Shown here: positions 20,552 through 30,470 of the stretch, piece by piece
Numbering within the stretch: the first letter of the stretch is position 1
Layout: each line of letters starts with the position of its first letter
Source: Candidatus Latescibacterota bacterium
GTDB lineage: Bacteria; Latescibacterota; UBA2968
Assembly: GCA_965116885.1 (NCBI GenBank)
Contig: OZ220741.1
Coordinates: forward strand, 512,001-576,000
Length of the DNA stretch: 64,000 nucleotides
Direction of reading: 5' to 3'
Notes under the pieces: generated by a model
What the model was told of the DNA's origin: nothing
Databases searched by the model: none
The model's input: the letters and a program-made list of their open reading frames with translations, nothing else
Position numbers and translations under genes: made by a program

Positions 20552-21084
20552 TGGCACAAATAGAACTCCCTCTCGTGAAAAGCGATCCCAAAGACATTGA
20601 AGAACTGCGCGAAGAGGTCGGTCCCCTGGTACACATGGACCTGCTGGAAAACCTGCTCAATCACGCCCGGTCTCGATCCCTGTGGCCCCTCACATTCGGC
20701 CTGGCGTGTTGCGCCATCGAAATGATGGCTGCAGGTGCAGCGCGCTTTGACCTCGACCGCATTGGCGCAGGCGTCTTTCGCCCCAGCGCGAGACAAGCCG
20801 ATGTCATGATTCTCGCAGGCACAATCTCCCGCAAAATGGCGACACCCATCAAAACGCTCTGGGACCAGATGCCCTCGCCAAAATGGGCCATAGCCATGGG
20901 TGGCTGCACCATCGATGGCGGTCCCTTCAAATATCCCGGACAATATGCCATTGTCGAAGGCGCAGACAAAATTGTGCCCGTTGATGTGTACGTACCAGGT
21001 TGCCCCCCGCGCCCTGAAGCGCTCTTTGCCGCACTGTTCAAACTCGAAGAAAAAATCCGAGCCGGAAAGAAATTCAATAAATGA
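20551..21084 (+). CDS. nuoB: NADH-quinone oxidoreductase subunit B
   Basis: [26 protein letters not shown]. Confidence 0.95.
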   Translation: MAQIELPLVKSDPKDIEELREEVGPLVHMDLLENLLNHARSRSLWPLTFGLACCAIEMMAAGAARFDLDRIGAGVFRPSARQADVMILAGTISRKMATPIKTLWDQMPSPKWAIAMGGCTIDGGPFKYPGQYAIVEGADKIVPVDVYVPGCPPRPEALFAALFKLEEKIRAGKKFNK

Positions 21085-21539
21085 TCGCCGACAAACTCTC
21101 TTCACTCCTGCTCGACGCAACCGAGGTTCAATACGACGCGCGTGGCTTCCATGTACAACACACCACTTCAGCCGACACGCTCCCTCAGATCGCAGATGTC
21201 TTCCTATCCGAAAATTTTCACCTCGAAATGATAACCTGTCAGGACCGACGCGAAAACGACAACACTTTTCGTCTGATTTACCAGTTTAACCAATACGGCA
21301 CGCCCCAACGGCATATCATCCACGCCGACATAGCCCCCGATGCAACAGCACCCAGTATTGCCACAATCTTTCCCGCTGCCGACTGGTACGAACGCGAAAT
21401 TTTCGACATGTATGGCGTCAGCTTTGACGGCCATCCCGATTTGAAACGCATCTTAATGGAAGAAGATTATTTTGGTCATCCCCTGCTCAAAGACTTCGTC
21501 GATCCCCCCAATCCCTATCGCAGTGAGGACGACGCGTAA
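21081..21539 (+). CDS. nuoC: NADH-quinone oxidoreductase subunit C
   Basis: [34 protein letters not shown]. Confidence 0.93.
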   Translation: MIADKLSSLLLDATEVQYDARGFHVQHTTSADTLPQIADVFLSENFHLEMITCQDRRENDNTFRLIYQFNQYGTPQRHIIHADIAPDATAPSIATIFPAADWYEREIFDMYGVSFDGHPDLKRILMEEDYFGHPLLKDFVDPPNPYRSEDDA

Positions 21540-21608
21540 GGCTTTATCCGCAGATGGACGCAGATAAAATCAAAGTATTCGCAAATACACGCGGATGAAA
21601 GGTGCTTA

Positions 21609-22739
21609 ATGAACAGCCGATATGAGGTCGAACAAGATCCAAAAAGTCGAGATACCTATTATCTCAACATGGGTCCTCAGCATCCCTCTACACACGGCGT
21701 CATGCGCATCAAACTGCACCTGGATGGCGAACGGATAATTTCAGCAGAACCCATCATCGGGTATGGGCATCGCGCACACGAAAAAATGGCCGAAAACCGC
21801 GACTACATCCAGTTCTTGCCCAATCCCAGTCGCGTAGATTACCTCGGCGGCATGATCTACAACATAGGCTATTGTCAAGCCGTAGAACGCGCGATGAACA
21901 TCGAAGTGCCTGAACGCGCCGAATACATCCGCATCATCTGCAATGAACTCAACCGCATCTCCAGCCACCTGCTCTGGCTGGGCACCTTCTTGATGGACCT
22001 GGGTGCATTTACCCCATTTCTCTACGCCTTTGACGACCGCGAAAAAATCCTCGACATCCTCGACCGCATCACCGGATCGCGCCTCACCTATTGCTACGCG
22101 CGATTTGGCGGCGTCATTCTCGACATCGACGATATATTCCTCGACAACGTCTCCAACTTTTGCACCTACTTTCTCGAACGCTTAAAAGAATACGAAAAAC
22201 TCGTCATCGGCAACGTCATCTTCCGCGAACGCACCATCGGCGTCGGTATCTTCGCCCCCGACCTCGTTCAAAAATACGCCATAACAGGTCCCTGTCTGCG
22301 CGCCATGGGCCATAAACACGATGTTCGCAGAGACGAACCTTATGGCATCTACGACCGCTTTGACTTTGACGTACCCACACAAACAGAAGGCGACTGCTTT
22401 GCCCGCACACTCGTTCGCATGGAAGAAATGCGCCAGAGCATTCGCATCGTCGAACAAGCCGTAAGCGACGTGCCCGACGGCCTCTTTCTCGCAGCCCGGG
22501 TGCCCAGACGCATTCGCCCGCCCGAAGGCGACTATTACTTCTGCGTTGAATCACCCCGGGGCAATTTCGGCATGTACATCGCAAGTGACGGCAGCGACAT
22601 CCCTTTTCGCCTCAAATTGCGAACCCCATCTTTTTCACACATCTCGACCATGCCCGCCGTCATGGCCGGTACCATGCTCGCCGATGCTGTAGCTATTTTA
22701 GGCAGTATCGATATTGTCGTACCCGAAATAGACAGATAA
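21609..22739 (+). CDS. nuoD: NADH-quinone oxidoreductase subunit D
   Basis: NMGPQHPSTHGV, RVDY, ELNRISSHL, ESPRG, EIDR; no NiFe CxxC motifs. Confidence 0.95.
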   Translation: MNSRYEVEQDPKSRDTYYLNMGPQHPSTHGVMRIKLHLDGERIISAEPIIGYGHRAHEKMAENRDYIQFLPNPSRVDYLGGMIYNIGYCQAVERAMNIEVPERAEYIRIICNELNRISSHLLWLGTFLMDLGAFTPFLYAFDDREKILDILDRITGSRLTYCYARFGGVILDIDDIFLDNVSNFCTYFLERLKEYEKLVIGNVIFRERTIGVGIFAPDLVQKYAITGPCLRAMGHKHDVRRDEPYGIYDRFDFDVPTQTEGDCFARTLVRMEEMRQSIRIVEQAVSDVPDGLFLAARVPRRIRPPEGDYYFCVESPRGNFGMYIASDGSDIPFRLKLRTPSFSHISTMPAVMAGTMLADAVAILGSIDIVVPEIDR

Positions 22740-22746
22740 CGCACTT

Positions 22747-23721
22747 ATGAAAACAGACGTCATCCAACTCTTTGAAAACCCCTATCTCGCGCTCGGTGTG
22801 ACCATTGCCGTCATCATGGCCTATTTGAGTGTCAACGCCATCATGTTGATCTGGCTCGAACGCAAACTCAGCGCACGCATACAGCGCCGCATTGGCCCGC
22901 AGCGCGGACCCTTTGGCCTGATGCAGCAAATTTTTGACATGGGAAAATTGCTCAGCAAAGAACTCCTCACCCCCGAACACGCCAACAAACTGCTCTATGT
23001 CATTGCGCCCATCCTGGTCTTTGCACCCGTCGTCGCCCTCTCGTCCCTCTTTCCCATAACGAGTACCTACATATTCCACGACTTCAACATCGCCATTGTC
23101 CTGATCCTCGCCATCAGCGGCATCAACGTAATCGGCATATTCTTAGCAGGCTGGGGATCCAATAACAAATACGCCCTGCTCGGCGCCGTGCGCTCAGTCG
23201 CGCAAAATATCTCCTACGAAATCCCCCTCATCCTATCGGTCATTCCCATCGTCATGATAACCCGCACCATGTCGCTCTACGACATCACCCTCGCACAGGA
23301 AACCTATCCCTTTATACTGGTACAACCTATTGCCCTGATCATCTTTATCATATCAGCCACAGCCGAAACCAATCGCGCCCCCTTTGACATCCCCGAAGCG
23401 GAATCCGAACTCGTCGCCGGATTTCACACCGAATATTCCGGCATGCGCTTTGGCCTGTTCTTCTTTGCCGAATACTCCAACATGATCTTTGCATGCGCAT
23501 TGGCAACCGTGCTCTTCCTGGGGGGATGGCGTGGACCTTTCCTGCCAGACGCCGTATGGTTCTTCATCAAAGTCTATGCACTCATCGTCCTCATGATGTG
23601 GTTCCGCTGGACTTTTCCGCGGCTCCGGTTTGACCAACTCATGAAATTCGCCTGGGTGGTACTCGTCCCCCTCTCGCTGATCAACCTGCTAATCACAACA
23701 CTGGTCTTGAAGATCGTTTAG
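22747..23721 (+). CDS. nuoH: NADH-quinone oxidoreductase subunit H
   Basis: ERK..RIQRRIGP, SNNKY, ETNRAPFDIPEAESELVAG..EYSG, PRLRFDQ. Confidence 0.95.
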   Translation: MKTDVIQLFENPYLALGVTIAVIMAYLSVNAIMLIWLERKLSARIQRRIGPQRGPFGLMQQIFDMGKLLSKELLTPEHANKLLYVIAPILVFAPVVALSSLFPITSTYIFHDFNIAIVLILAISGINVIGIFLAGWGSNNKYALLGAVRSVAQNISYEIPLILSVIPIVMITRTMSLYDITLAQETYPFILVQPIALIIFIISATAETNRAPFDIPEAESELVAGFHTEYSGMRFGLFFFAEYSNMIFACALATVLFLGGWRGPFLPDAVWFFIKVYALIVLMMWFRWTFPRLRFDQLMKFAWVVLVPLSLINLLITTLVLKIV

Positions 23722-23740
23722 AACTTTCAAGGAAAATCCC

Positions 23741-24280
23741 ATGGCACTCATAAAAGAAATCCTCGACGGCACCAAAACGCTCCTGACCGGCATGAAAGTC
23801 ACACTGGACAACTTCCGCAAACCGCCCGTCACTTCGCAATACCCCATGGAAAAAATCGAGATGACAGAAGCGTTTCGCAATGTCATTGTCCTCATCGAAA
23901 AAGAAGACATAGGCTCGCATGACTGCATCGACTGCAAACTCTGTGAGCGCGTATGCCCCTCCTTCTGCATTTACCTCGACGGGGAACGCCCCGAAGGGTT
24001 AAGGCGCAAACGCTCGACCAAATTCGAAGTCGATTTTGCCCTGTGCAGCGACTGCGGACTGTGCTTAGACGTATGCCCTACAGACACCCTGGGATACAGC
24101 AAAGTCCACGACGAAGCCGGATACAATCGCAGCGACTTTCTCTACGACTTACTCGAACCCTGGGCAGACAAAGAAGAAGCCGCGCGCGAACGCCTGAAAG
24201 AAATCGAAGCCGAACAAGCCGCAGAACGCGCCAGAAAAGCCGCAGCAAAAAAAGCGAAAAAGGTAAGACGCGAGAAGTAA
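23741..24280 (+). CDS. nuoI: NADH-quinone oxidoreductase subunit I (2x[4Fe-4S]) with basic C-terminal extension
   Basis: CIDCKLCERVCP and CSDCGLCLDVCP. Confidence 0.9.
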   Translation: MALIKEILDGTKTLLTGMKVTLDNFRKPPVTSQYPMEKIEMTEAFRNVIVLIEKEDIGSHDCIDCKLCERVCPSFCIYLDGERPEGLRRKRSTKFEVDFALCSDCGLCLDVCPTDTLGYSKVHDEAGYNRSDFLYDLLEPWADKEEAARERLKEIEAEQAAERARKAAAKKAKKVRREK

Positions 24281-24293
24281 ACGGAGAACAACA

Positions 24294-24794
24294 ATGCTCG
24301 AACAGGCTGCCATCTACACATTTGTAGCCCTCGTCCTTATCGGTGGGGGCCTCGCGGCATTCTCTCGCCAGATACTCTACGCCATCATCGGTCTGGGCAT
24401 CAGCCTCCTGGGACTGGCGGGACTATTTCTCAACCTCGGCAGTCCATTTGTCGCGGCAATGCAGGTACTCATCTACATCGGCGGCATAACCGTTGCCATT
24501 GTATTTGCCATGATGCTCTCAATAGCCATGTCCATTCGCCCGCCCGACCCCGACGCCCGAAAACTCGGCTTCGCCATAGCCTGTGCCGTTATCTTCTTTG
24601 GCGCAGTTGCCCATCTGGTTCGCGGCGCGCAATTCCACCAAATCGCGCCCCAGACATCTGAAAAAGCCTGGTCTGTGGGCGCGTTGGGCCATGCACTGCT
24701 CACGCATTACAACGTCGTCTTTGAAGCCCTCTCCCTCGTTTTGCTCCTGGCCATCATCGGTGCCATCTTGATTGCCCGCAAGGCTTCAACATGA
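24294..24794 (+). CDS. nuoJ: NADH-quinone oxidoreductase subunit J
   Basis: QVLIYIGGI, FEALSLVLLLAIIGAI. Confidence 0.92.
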   Translation: MLEQAAIYTFVALVLIGGGLAAFSRQILYAIIGLGISLLGLAGLFLNLGSPFVAAMQVLIYIGGITVAIVFAMMLSIAMSIRPPDPDARKLGFAIACAVIFFGAVAHLVRGAQFHQIAPQTSEKAWSVGALGHALLTHYNVVFEALSLVLLLAIIGAILIARKAST

Positions 24795-24833
24795 TCGAAT
24801 AGACGAATAGACGAACCCCGCCCTGCCACCCAA

Positions 24834-24861
24834 CGGGCGGGCACAGGGGCACCGCCCCTAC
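24834..24861 (-). repeat. GTAG-type REP-like palindrome, copy 2 (between nuoJ and nuoK)
   Basis: CGGGCGGGCACAGGGGCACCGCCCCTAC, identical to 32210-32237. Confidence 0.8.
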
Positions 24862-24944
24862 ATTGATGAACTATCCCGAATCAGTTGTACCCTGTTCCGT
24901 AGATTCGTAGATTCGTTACTGTATTTTTGAAAAGGACCACTTAC

Positions 24945-25250
24945 TTGACCCTCGAATCTTATCTCCTGGTGGGCGCTGCCTTGTTTTCACTCGGTTTGAT
25001 CGGCGCACTATCCCACCGCAACCTCATAGCCCTGCTCATCGGCATCGAACTCATGATGAATGCCGCCAGCTTAAACCTGATGGCCTTTAACCGGTTTGTC
25101 GTCACCGATCCAACGACCGGCCAGATCTTTGTCCTCATCATCATTGGGCTGGCAGCCGCCGAAGTCGCTATCTTTTTATCGATCATCCTGCGCATCTATC
25201 GGGCATACCACGATATTGATGCGGAAAAACTCACCAAACTGAGCGGTTGA
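24945..25250 (+). CDS. nuoK: NADH-quinone oxidoreductase subunit K (start uncertain, TTG after AAAGGA)
   Basis: IELMMNAA, GQIF, AAAEVAI. Confidence 0.9.
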   Translation: MTLESYLLVGAALFSLGLIGALSHRNLIALLIGIELMMNAASLNLMAFNRFVVTDPTTGQIFVLIIIGLAAAEVAIFLSIILRIYRAYHDIDAEKLTKLSG

Positions 25251-27073
25251 TGGACACTCTTACACTCATACTCTTAACGACAATCTCCCCCCTGGCGTGT
25301 TTTATCATCGCCATCATCTTTCTCATACAACAACCCAAAGCCGCTCAGGGATTGGTCCTGTTCGGCAGCGTGGTATCCCTCTTGAGCGCCATTGGCCTCC
25401 TCGTACAGGGACCCGTTGAACCCCTGCGATTTTTGTGGTTTCAAAGCGGTGCAATACAACTCCAATTCGGCTTCATCCTCGACGGTCCAAGCCTCATGTT
25501 TGGCGTCGTCGTCGCCTTCATCACCGCCTGCATCATGCTCTATTCAGTAGGCTACATGGCGCAAGACCCGGGCAAAACACGCTATTTCGCAATGCTCAGT
25601 TTCTTTGCCTGGTCCATGCTCAGCTTTGTCTATGCCGTCGATCTCCTGCAATCTTTCATCTTTTGGGAACTCGTCGGCCTGTCTTCGTTCTTCCTCATCG
25701 GTTTCTGGTTTGAAAAACCCGAAGCAGCCGCAGCCGCGCGCAAAGCCTTTCTCATGACCCGCGTGGGCGACGTCGGCCTCTTCATCGGCATTTTGCTCAT
25801 CCTCCAACTCGTTCACAGCTTCGATATTCCCACCCTCTTAGACCCTCAAACTGGCCTCTCAACACAAATATCGCCGAGTCTGCTCAACGCAATCGCGCTA
25901 CTCATCTTCATCGGCATCATGGGCAAAAGCGCGCAATTCCCATTGCACACCTGGCTACCCGACGCCATGGAAGGACCCACCCCGGTCAGCGCCCTGTTGC
26001 ACTCTGCCACCATGGTCGCCGCGGGCGTCTTTCTCATGATCCGCCTGCACCCGCTCTTTATGGCGGCGCAAGACACAGCACTCATCGTACTGGGCATCGC
26101 CACCTTCACCGCAATCCTCGCATCGACCATTGCAATGGTCGATACCGACATCAAAAAAGTACTCGCCTACTCGTCCATCAGCCAACTCGGCTTCATGCTC
26201 ATGGCACTCGCTGCTGGCAGCCTCTTCGCCGGCGTATTTCACCTGATCACCCACGCCTTCTTCAAAGCCCTGCTCTTCCTCTGCTCGGGCATTTACATTC
26301 ACGCCTACCACACCAACAGCATGGCCGAAATTGGTCGCAGTGGAGGCCGCCGCCTCAAAGCTGCAACCCTTGGCCTCATCATCGGTGGCGCTGCCCTATC
26401 GGGCGTTCCCCCACTGGCGGGATTTTGGAGCAAAGAAGAAATTTTTGCCCAACTCGGTCACAATGGCTTTAACATCTACATGGCCGGTGCATTTCTCGCG
26501 GCCTTCCTCACCGCCTATTACACATTCCGCATGATTTTCCTCATCACAAAACCCGATCAAACACCTGCCTCCGACCACAGCCATCCCGAACCCATGAACA
26601 TGAAAGCACCCGTCTTGCTCCTCACCCTGGGTGCAATCATACTCGGCTTTTTTGGCGCCAGCATTGCTGAGGGTCTCGGTCTCATACCACAACACCACAG
26701 CGTCATCCTGATGATCCCCACCGTAGGCGTCGTCATCCTCGGCATCCTGATCGCCTATCTCGACTATGGACGCGACAACGCGCCGCGCGCGGGATTCATC
26801 AGCAAAATCGCACCCCTCAACACCCTCTTCACAAACAAATGGTACATCGACGAAGTCTATCGCATCACCATCGTCGCCATCACCCACGCACTATCTCGCA
26901 TCTTGCACTGGATTGAAAACCACGTCCTCGACGGAAACTACGACCGCTTTGGCCTCGGCATCTTGCGCACCGGCGCGAAATCAACCCGCGTACAGGGCGG
27001 CTGGATGCAACTCTATCTGGGCTGGGCGATCATCTTATTAGCCGTAGTCGCGCTTTACCTCGGATTGCGATAA
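25250..27073 (+). CDS. nuoL: NADH-quinone oxidoreductase subunit L
   Basis: FWELVG, GKSAQFPLHTWLPDAMEGPTPVSALLH, HAFFKALLFL. Confidence 0.95.
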   Translation: MDTLTLILLTTISPLACFIIAIIFLIQQPKAAQGLVLFGSVVSLLSAIGLLVQGPVEPLRFLWFQSGAIQLQFGFILDGPSLMFGVVVAFITACIMLYSVGYMAQDPGKTRYFAMLSFFAWSMLSFVYAVDLLQSFIFWELVGLSSFFLIGFWFEKPEAAAAARKAFLMTRVGDVGLFIGILLILQLVHSFDIPTLLDPQTGLSTQISPSLLNAIALLIFIGIMGKSAQFPLHTWLPDAMEGPTPVSALLHSATMVAAGVFLMIRLHPLFMAAQDTALIVLGIATFTAILASTIAMVDTDIKKVLAYSSISQLGFMLMALAAGSLFAGVFHLITHAFFKALLFLCSGIYIHAYHTNSMAEIGRSGGRRLKAATLGLIIGGAALSGVPPLAGFWSKEEIFAQLGHNGFNIYMAGAFLAAFLTAYYTFRMIFLITKPDQTPASDHSHPEPMNMKAPVLLLTLGAIILGFFGASIAEGLGLIPQHHSVILMIPTVGVVILGILIAYLDYGRDNAPRAGFISKIAPLNTLFTNKWYIDEVYRITIVAITHALSRILHWIENHVLDGNYDRFGLGILRTGAKSTRVQGGWMQLYLGWAIILLAVVALYLGLR

Positions 27074-27076
27074 AAT

Positions 27077-28552
27077 ATGCCACTTCTCTCATCCATACTT
27101 CTCACCCCCGTCATCACCCTCATCATCCTTTTGCTCATGCCCCAAAGGGCCGTGCGGGGTATCCGGCTAATATGCGCCCTCAGCGGTCTTTTGACCTGTG
27201 TGCTGAGTCTGCAACTCTGGACGAGCTATGATCCCACAACCAGCGGCATTCAATTTGAAGAACTGATCCCCTGGGTCGCAGCCATTGGCATCTCCTATCA
27301 CCTCGGCGTTGACGGATTTGGCGTTATCCTCGTCATGCTCAATTCCATCGTCTATTTCACCGGGGTACTCACCATGTGGGACCTCGAAGAGCGCGTCAAA
27401 GAATATTTCGCCTTCATGGTACTCCTCGTCTTCGGCGTCTTCGGCGTCTTCATGTCGCTGGACCTCTTCTTCTTCTTTTTCTTTTACGAAATCGCCGTCG
27501 TACCCATGTACCCCCTCATCCTGATATGGGGCAGCGGCAACAGAGCTTATGCCGGGATGAAACTCATGCTCTTCCTCCTCGCCGGCAGCGCGCTCCTCTT
27601 TCCCGGCCTACTCGCCATCTATCACCACGCGGGCCTCAACACCTTTGACATCATTGCCCTATCCGCACACACATTCGATCCACAATTCCAAATATTTGTC
27701 TATCCCTTCATCTACGTCGGCTTTGGCGTCTTAGCTGGCCTGTTCCCCTTCCACGGCTGGTCGCCCACAGGCCACGTTGCTGCGCCATCTGCGGTATCCA
27801 TGCTACACGCGGGCGTCCTGATGAAACTCGGCGCATTTGGCATACTCACAGTCGGCATTCGCCTGCTACCCGAAGGCGCTGCGTACTGGGCACCGACCTT
27901 CGTGGTATTGGCCGTCATCGGAATCATCTACGGAGCTTATGTCGCCATGCGGCAGACCGACTTCAAATTTGTCATCGGCTTCTCATCTGTATCTCACATG
28001 GGCATCGTCCTCCTCGGCCTCAACCTCGCGGTCCTCGGCTCAGTCGTAGCTATCGACGCCCTCAACGGCGCTGTCTTCCAGATGTTTGCCCACGGCATCA
28101 TGACCGCCCTGTTTTTCAGCACCGCGGGATATATCTACGACAAATCCCACTCCAAAACCATTGGTGACTTTGGCGGTCTTGGCAAACAGATGCCCCGCGC
28201 AGTCTCCATCTTCATCGTCGCGGGCCTGTGTGGTGCCGGGTTACCCGGCCTGGCGAGCTTTTGGGCTGAATTACTCGTCTTCCTCGCCGCCTTAAAAACG
28301 TACCCCATCGCCGGTATCATCGTCATCCTGGGCCTCGTACTCACCGCGGTTTACATCATGCGCGTCTTCAATCTGGCCTTTTTTGGCGCACCAAATCCAA
28401 AATGGGAAAATCTGAAAGCACAGGACATGTCTGGCCTGCACCTGATACCGCGCGCCATACTAATCGCCGTACTCGTAATCTTCGGCTTTGTACCCCGCCT
28501 CATGCTCGACCTGATCAACAGCACGACAATAGCTTTCTTGGGTAATTTCTAA
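27077..28552 (+). CDS. nuoM: NADH-quinone oxidoreductase subunit M
   Basis: LGVDG, FPFHGWSP..H..AP, MKLG, SSVSHMG, QMFAHG. Confidence 0.93.
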   Translation: MPLLSSILLTPVITLIILLLMPQRAVRGIRLICALSGLLTCVLSLQLWTSYDPTTSGIQFEELIPWVAAIGISYHLGVDGFGVILVMLNSIVYFTGVLTMWDLEERVKEYFAFMVLLVFGVFGVFMSLDLFFFFFFYEIAVVPMYPLILIWGSGNRAYAGMKLMLFLLAGSALLFPGLLAIYHHAGLNTFDIIALSAHTFDPQFQIFVYPFIYVGFGVLAGLFPFHGWSPTGHVAAPSAVSMLHAGVLMKLGAFGILTVGIRLLPEGAAYWAPTFVVLAVIGIIYGAYVAMRQTDFKFVIGFSSVSHMGIVLLGLNLAVLGSVVAIDALNGAVFQMFAHGIMTALFFSTAGYIYDKSHSKTIGDFGGLGKQMPRAVSIFIVAGLCGAGLPGLASFWAELLVFLAALKTYPIAGIIVILGLVLTAVYIMRVFNLAFFGAPNPKWENLKAQDMSGLHLIPRAILIAVLVIFGFVPRLMLDLINSTTIAFLGNF

Positions 28553-28553
28553 C

Positions 28554-29978
28554 ATGGAAAACGCTATCCTCTTCGCGCCAGAACTCATTTGCCTGACCAT
28601 GGGCCTCGTGCTCTTCTTCTGCACAGTGCTCAACCGGTCCTATCGCACCACCCGGGGCATTGCCATAGCATCCGGTATAGCCATGATCGCCGCCTGTCTC
28701 TGGACTCTACCCCTTGAAGGCGAACCCTTCTTCCCGGGCATATACGCGGTTGACTTCTTTTCTCAACTGATCAAAACAGCACTCGCAGTCGGATTCCTAT
28801 TTGTCGTCATCGCCAGTGCCAACCCCCTCACAGTTGACCGCACTGGTTGGCTCGAGGTCCCTCTCTTCTTCATCTTTTCCACACTCGGCATGATGATGAT
28901 GGTCAGCGCGACCGAACTCCTCACCCTCTATGTCGCTATGGAACTGGCCGCCTACCCCGTCTATATCGTCGTTGCCCTTCACCGCAATTCGGACATCGGC
29001 GGAGAAAGCGCCGCCAAATACATGGTACAGGGCATGGCAGCCTCGGCCATCTCGCTCTACGGCATGAGCTTCCTCTTCGGCACATTTGGCTCCACCTACT
29101 TCGCCGCCATCAGCATCCCACACGCCGCTGCGCAACCCATCTTCTACCTGGGCCTATTGCTCACACTCGCTGGCTTCTTCTTCAAGCTCGGCGCATTCCC
29201 CTTCCACTTTTGGGCACCCGACACCTATGAAACCGCGCCCCATCCAGTGATCACATTCATCGCCACCGTTTCCAAAATCGCCGCCATCGGCATCCTCTGC
29301 CGCCTGTTATCCCTCGCCATGCCCGGTGGCTGGGAATCGGGCCACGCCCAAACCGCGCTCATGTGGGCAAGCGTCATCGCAATGAGCCTGGGCAACCTGG
29401 CCGCACTCGCGCAAAAAGACCTCAAACGCCTGCTCGGTTATTCCACAGTCGCCCACGCCGGTTACGTACTCCTCGCCCTTCAAACCTTCGCCGAATGGGG
29501 TCTTACCGCTGCTCTCTTTTACGCCATTGGCTACTTTGCCATGTCCTTTGCGTGCTTCCTCGTCATCTGTGAAATCGGTCGCAGCGAAGACCGCATCACC
29601 ATCGACTCCGTATCCGGCCTTTACAAACGCGCGCCATTCCTCTCCTTCACCTTGCTCATCGGCCTGTTTGGCCTCATTGGCCTCCCCCCCACTGTGGGCT
29701 TTGTCGGCAAATGGTTCCTCTTTTCTGCCGCCCTCCAACACGGTCAATTCTATCTCGTCCTCATCGCAGCCATCAACGCCGCAGTTGCCCTGTATTATTA
29801 TCTCCTCATCATCCGCCAACTCTACTGGGTAGAACCCTCCACACAGAACACCATCAAACCCACGCCCCTCATCGCCGTCACCGCAATGGCGACCATCATC
29901 CTCGTAATCGCAATGGGCACGGTCCCCGGTCCCTTCTGGGACATGGCCGCACGCGCCGCACGCGCACTGATCAGTTGA
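28554..29978 (+). CDS. nuoN: NADH-quinone oxidoreductase subunit N
   Basis: ESAAKY, FKLGAFPFHFWAPDTYE.AP, KRLLGYS..AHAGY, GLPPTVGF.GK. Confidence 0.93.
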   Translation: MENAILFAPELICLTMGLVLFFCTVLNRSYRTTRGIAIASGIAMIAACLWTLPLEGEPFFPGIYAVDFFSQLIKTALAVGFLFVVIASANPLTVDRTGWLEVPLFFIFSTLGMMMMVSATELLTLYVAMELAAYPVYIVVALHRNSDIGGESAAKYMVQGMAASAISLYGMSFLFGTFGSTYFAAISIPHAAAQPIFYLGLLLTLAGFFFKLGAFPFHFWAPDTYETAPHPVITFIATVSKIAAIGILCRLLSLAMPGGWESGHAQTALMWASVIAMSLGNLAALAQKDLKRLLGYSTVAHAGYVLLALQTFAEWGLTAALFYAIGYFAMSFACFLVICEIGRSEDRITIDSVSGLYKRAPFLSFTLLIGLFGLIGLPPTVGFVGKWFLFSAALQHGQFYLVLIAAINAAVALYYYLLIIRQLYWVEPSTQNTIKPTPLIAVTAMATIILVIAMGTVPGPFWDMAARAARALIS

Positions 29979-30125
29979 TGTTTTAAGAAAAATATTTACC
30001 AAAATTAAATTTGTCTTATATTCTGTTACGCAATCATTCAACTAAAAAGAGATATGGCAATGGAAACGATTGCTAAAAATAAAAACGCCACTGCTAAACA
30101 GGATCAACCGAAAGGAGACAGAGCA

Positions 30126-30368
30126 ATGGACGCTGACACCACAAATAACAACACTGAACAGAGCCAACGGATAACAATCCTTGAGACGAACCTGGAATTT
30201 ATCAAAGAACAGCTTTCAGATGTGAAACAGGACTTAAAAGACCTCAAGCAAGGGCAAGAAAATATTGAAGCGCGGCTCAATAGCCGGATTGACGATTTGA
30301 TAAAATGGTATGTTCCCACAACGGTTGTTGCGCTATTGCTTTTCGCTGCTGTCATGAAGTATCTGTAA
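30126..30368 (+). CDS. Small coiled-coil protein with C-terminal TM helix (start may be 30054)
   Basis: RBS AAAGGAGA; heptad-rich segment followed by IKWYVPTTVVALLLFAAVMKYL. Confidence 0.65.
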   Translation: MDADTTNNNTEQSQRITILETNLEFIKEQLSDVKQDLKDLKQGQENIEARLNSRIDDLIKWYVPTTVVALLLFAAVMKYL

Positions 30369-30390
30369 TATGGAATCATAGACATTACCC

Positions 30391-30435
30391 AAAAAAAAGA
30401 ACCCGCAATCGTTCGGTGATTGCGGGTTCTTTTTT
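30391..30435. terminator. Bidirectional intrinsic terminator
   Basis: A8-GAACCCGCAATC/GATTGCGGGTTC-T6 between convergent genes. Confidence 0.85.
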
Positions 30436-30470
30436 GTTCGCACATCCGATAATTTTGTCATCATTCAAAA

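Noticed and set aside
20551..22739. Group 4 [NiFe]-hydrogenase reading of nuoB/nuoD
   Set aside because: The D subunit lacks both CxxC Ni-binding motifs (RVDY, EIDR) and B has the tandem CC of complex I.
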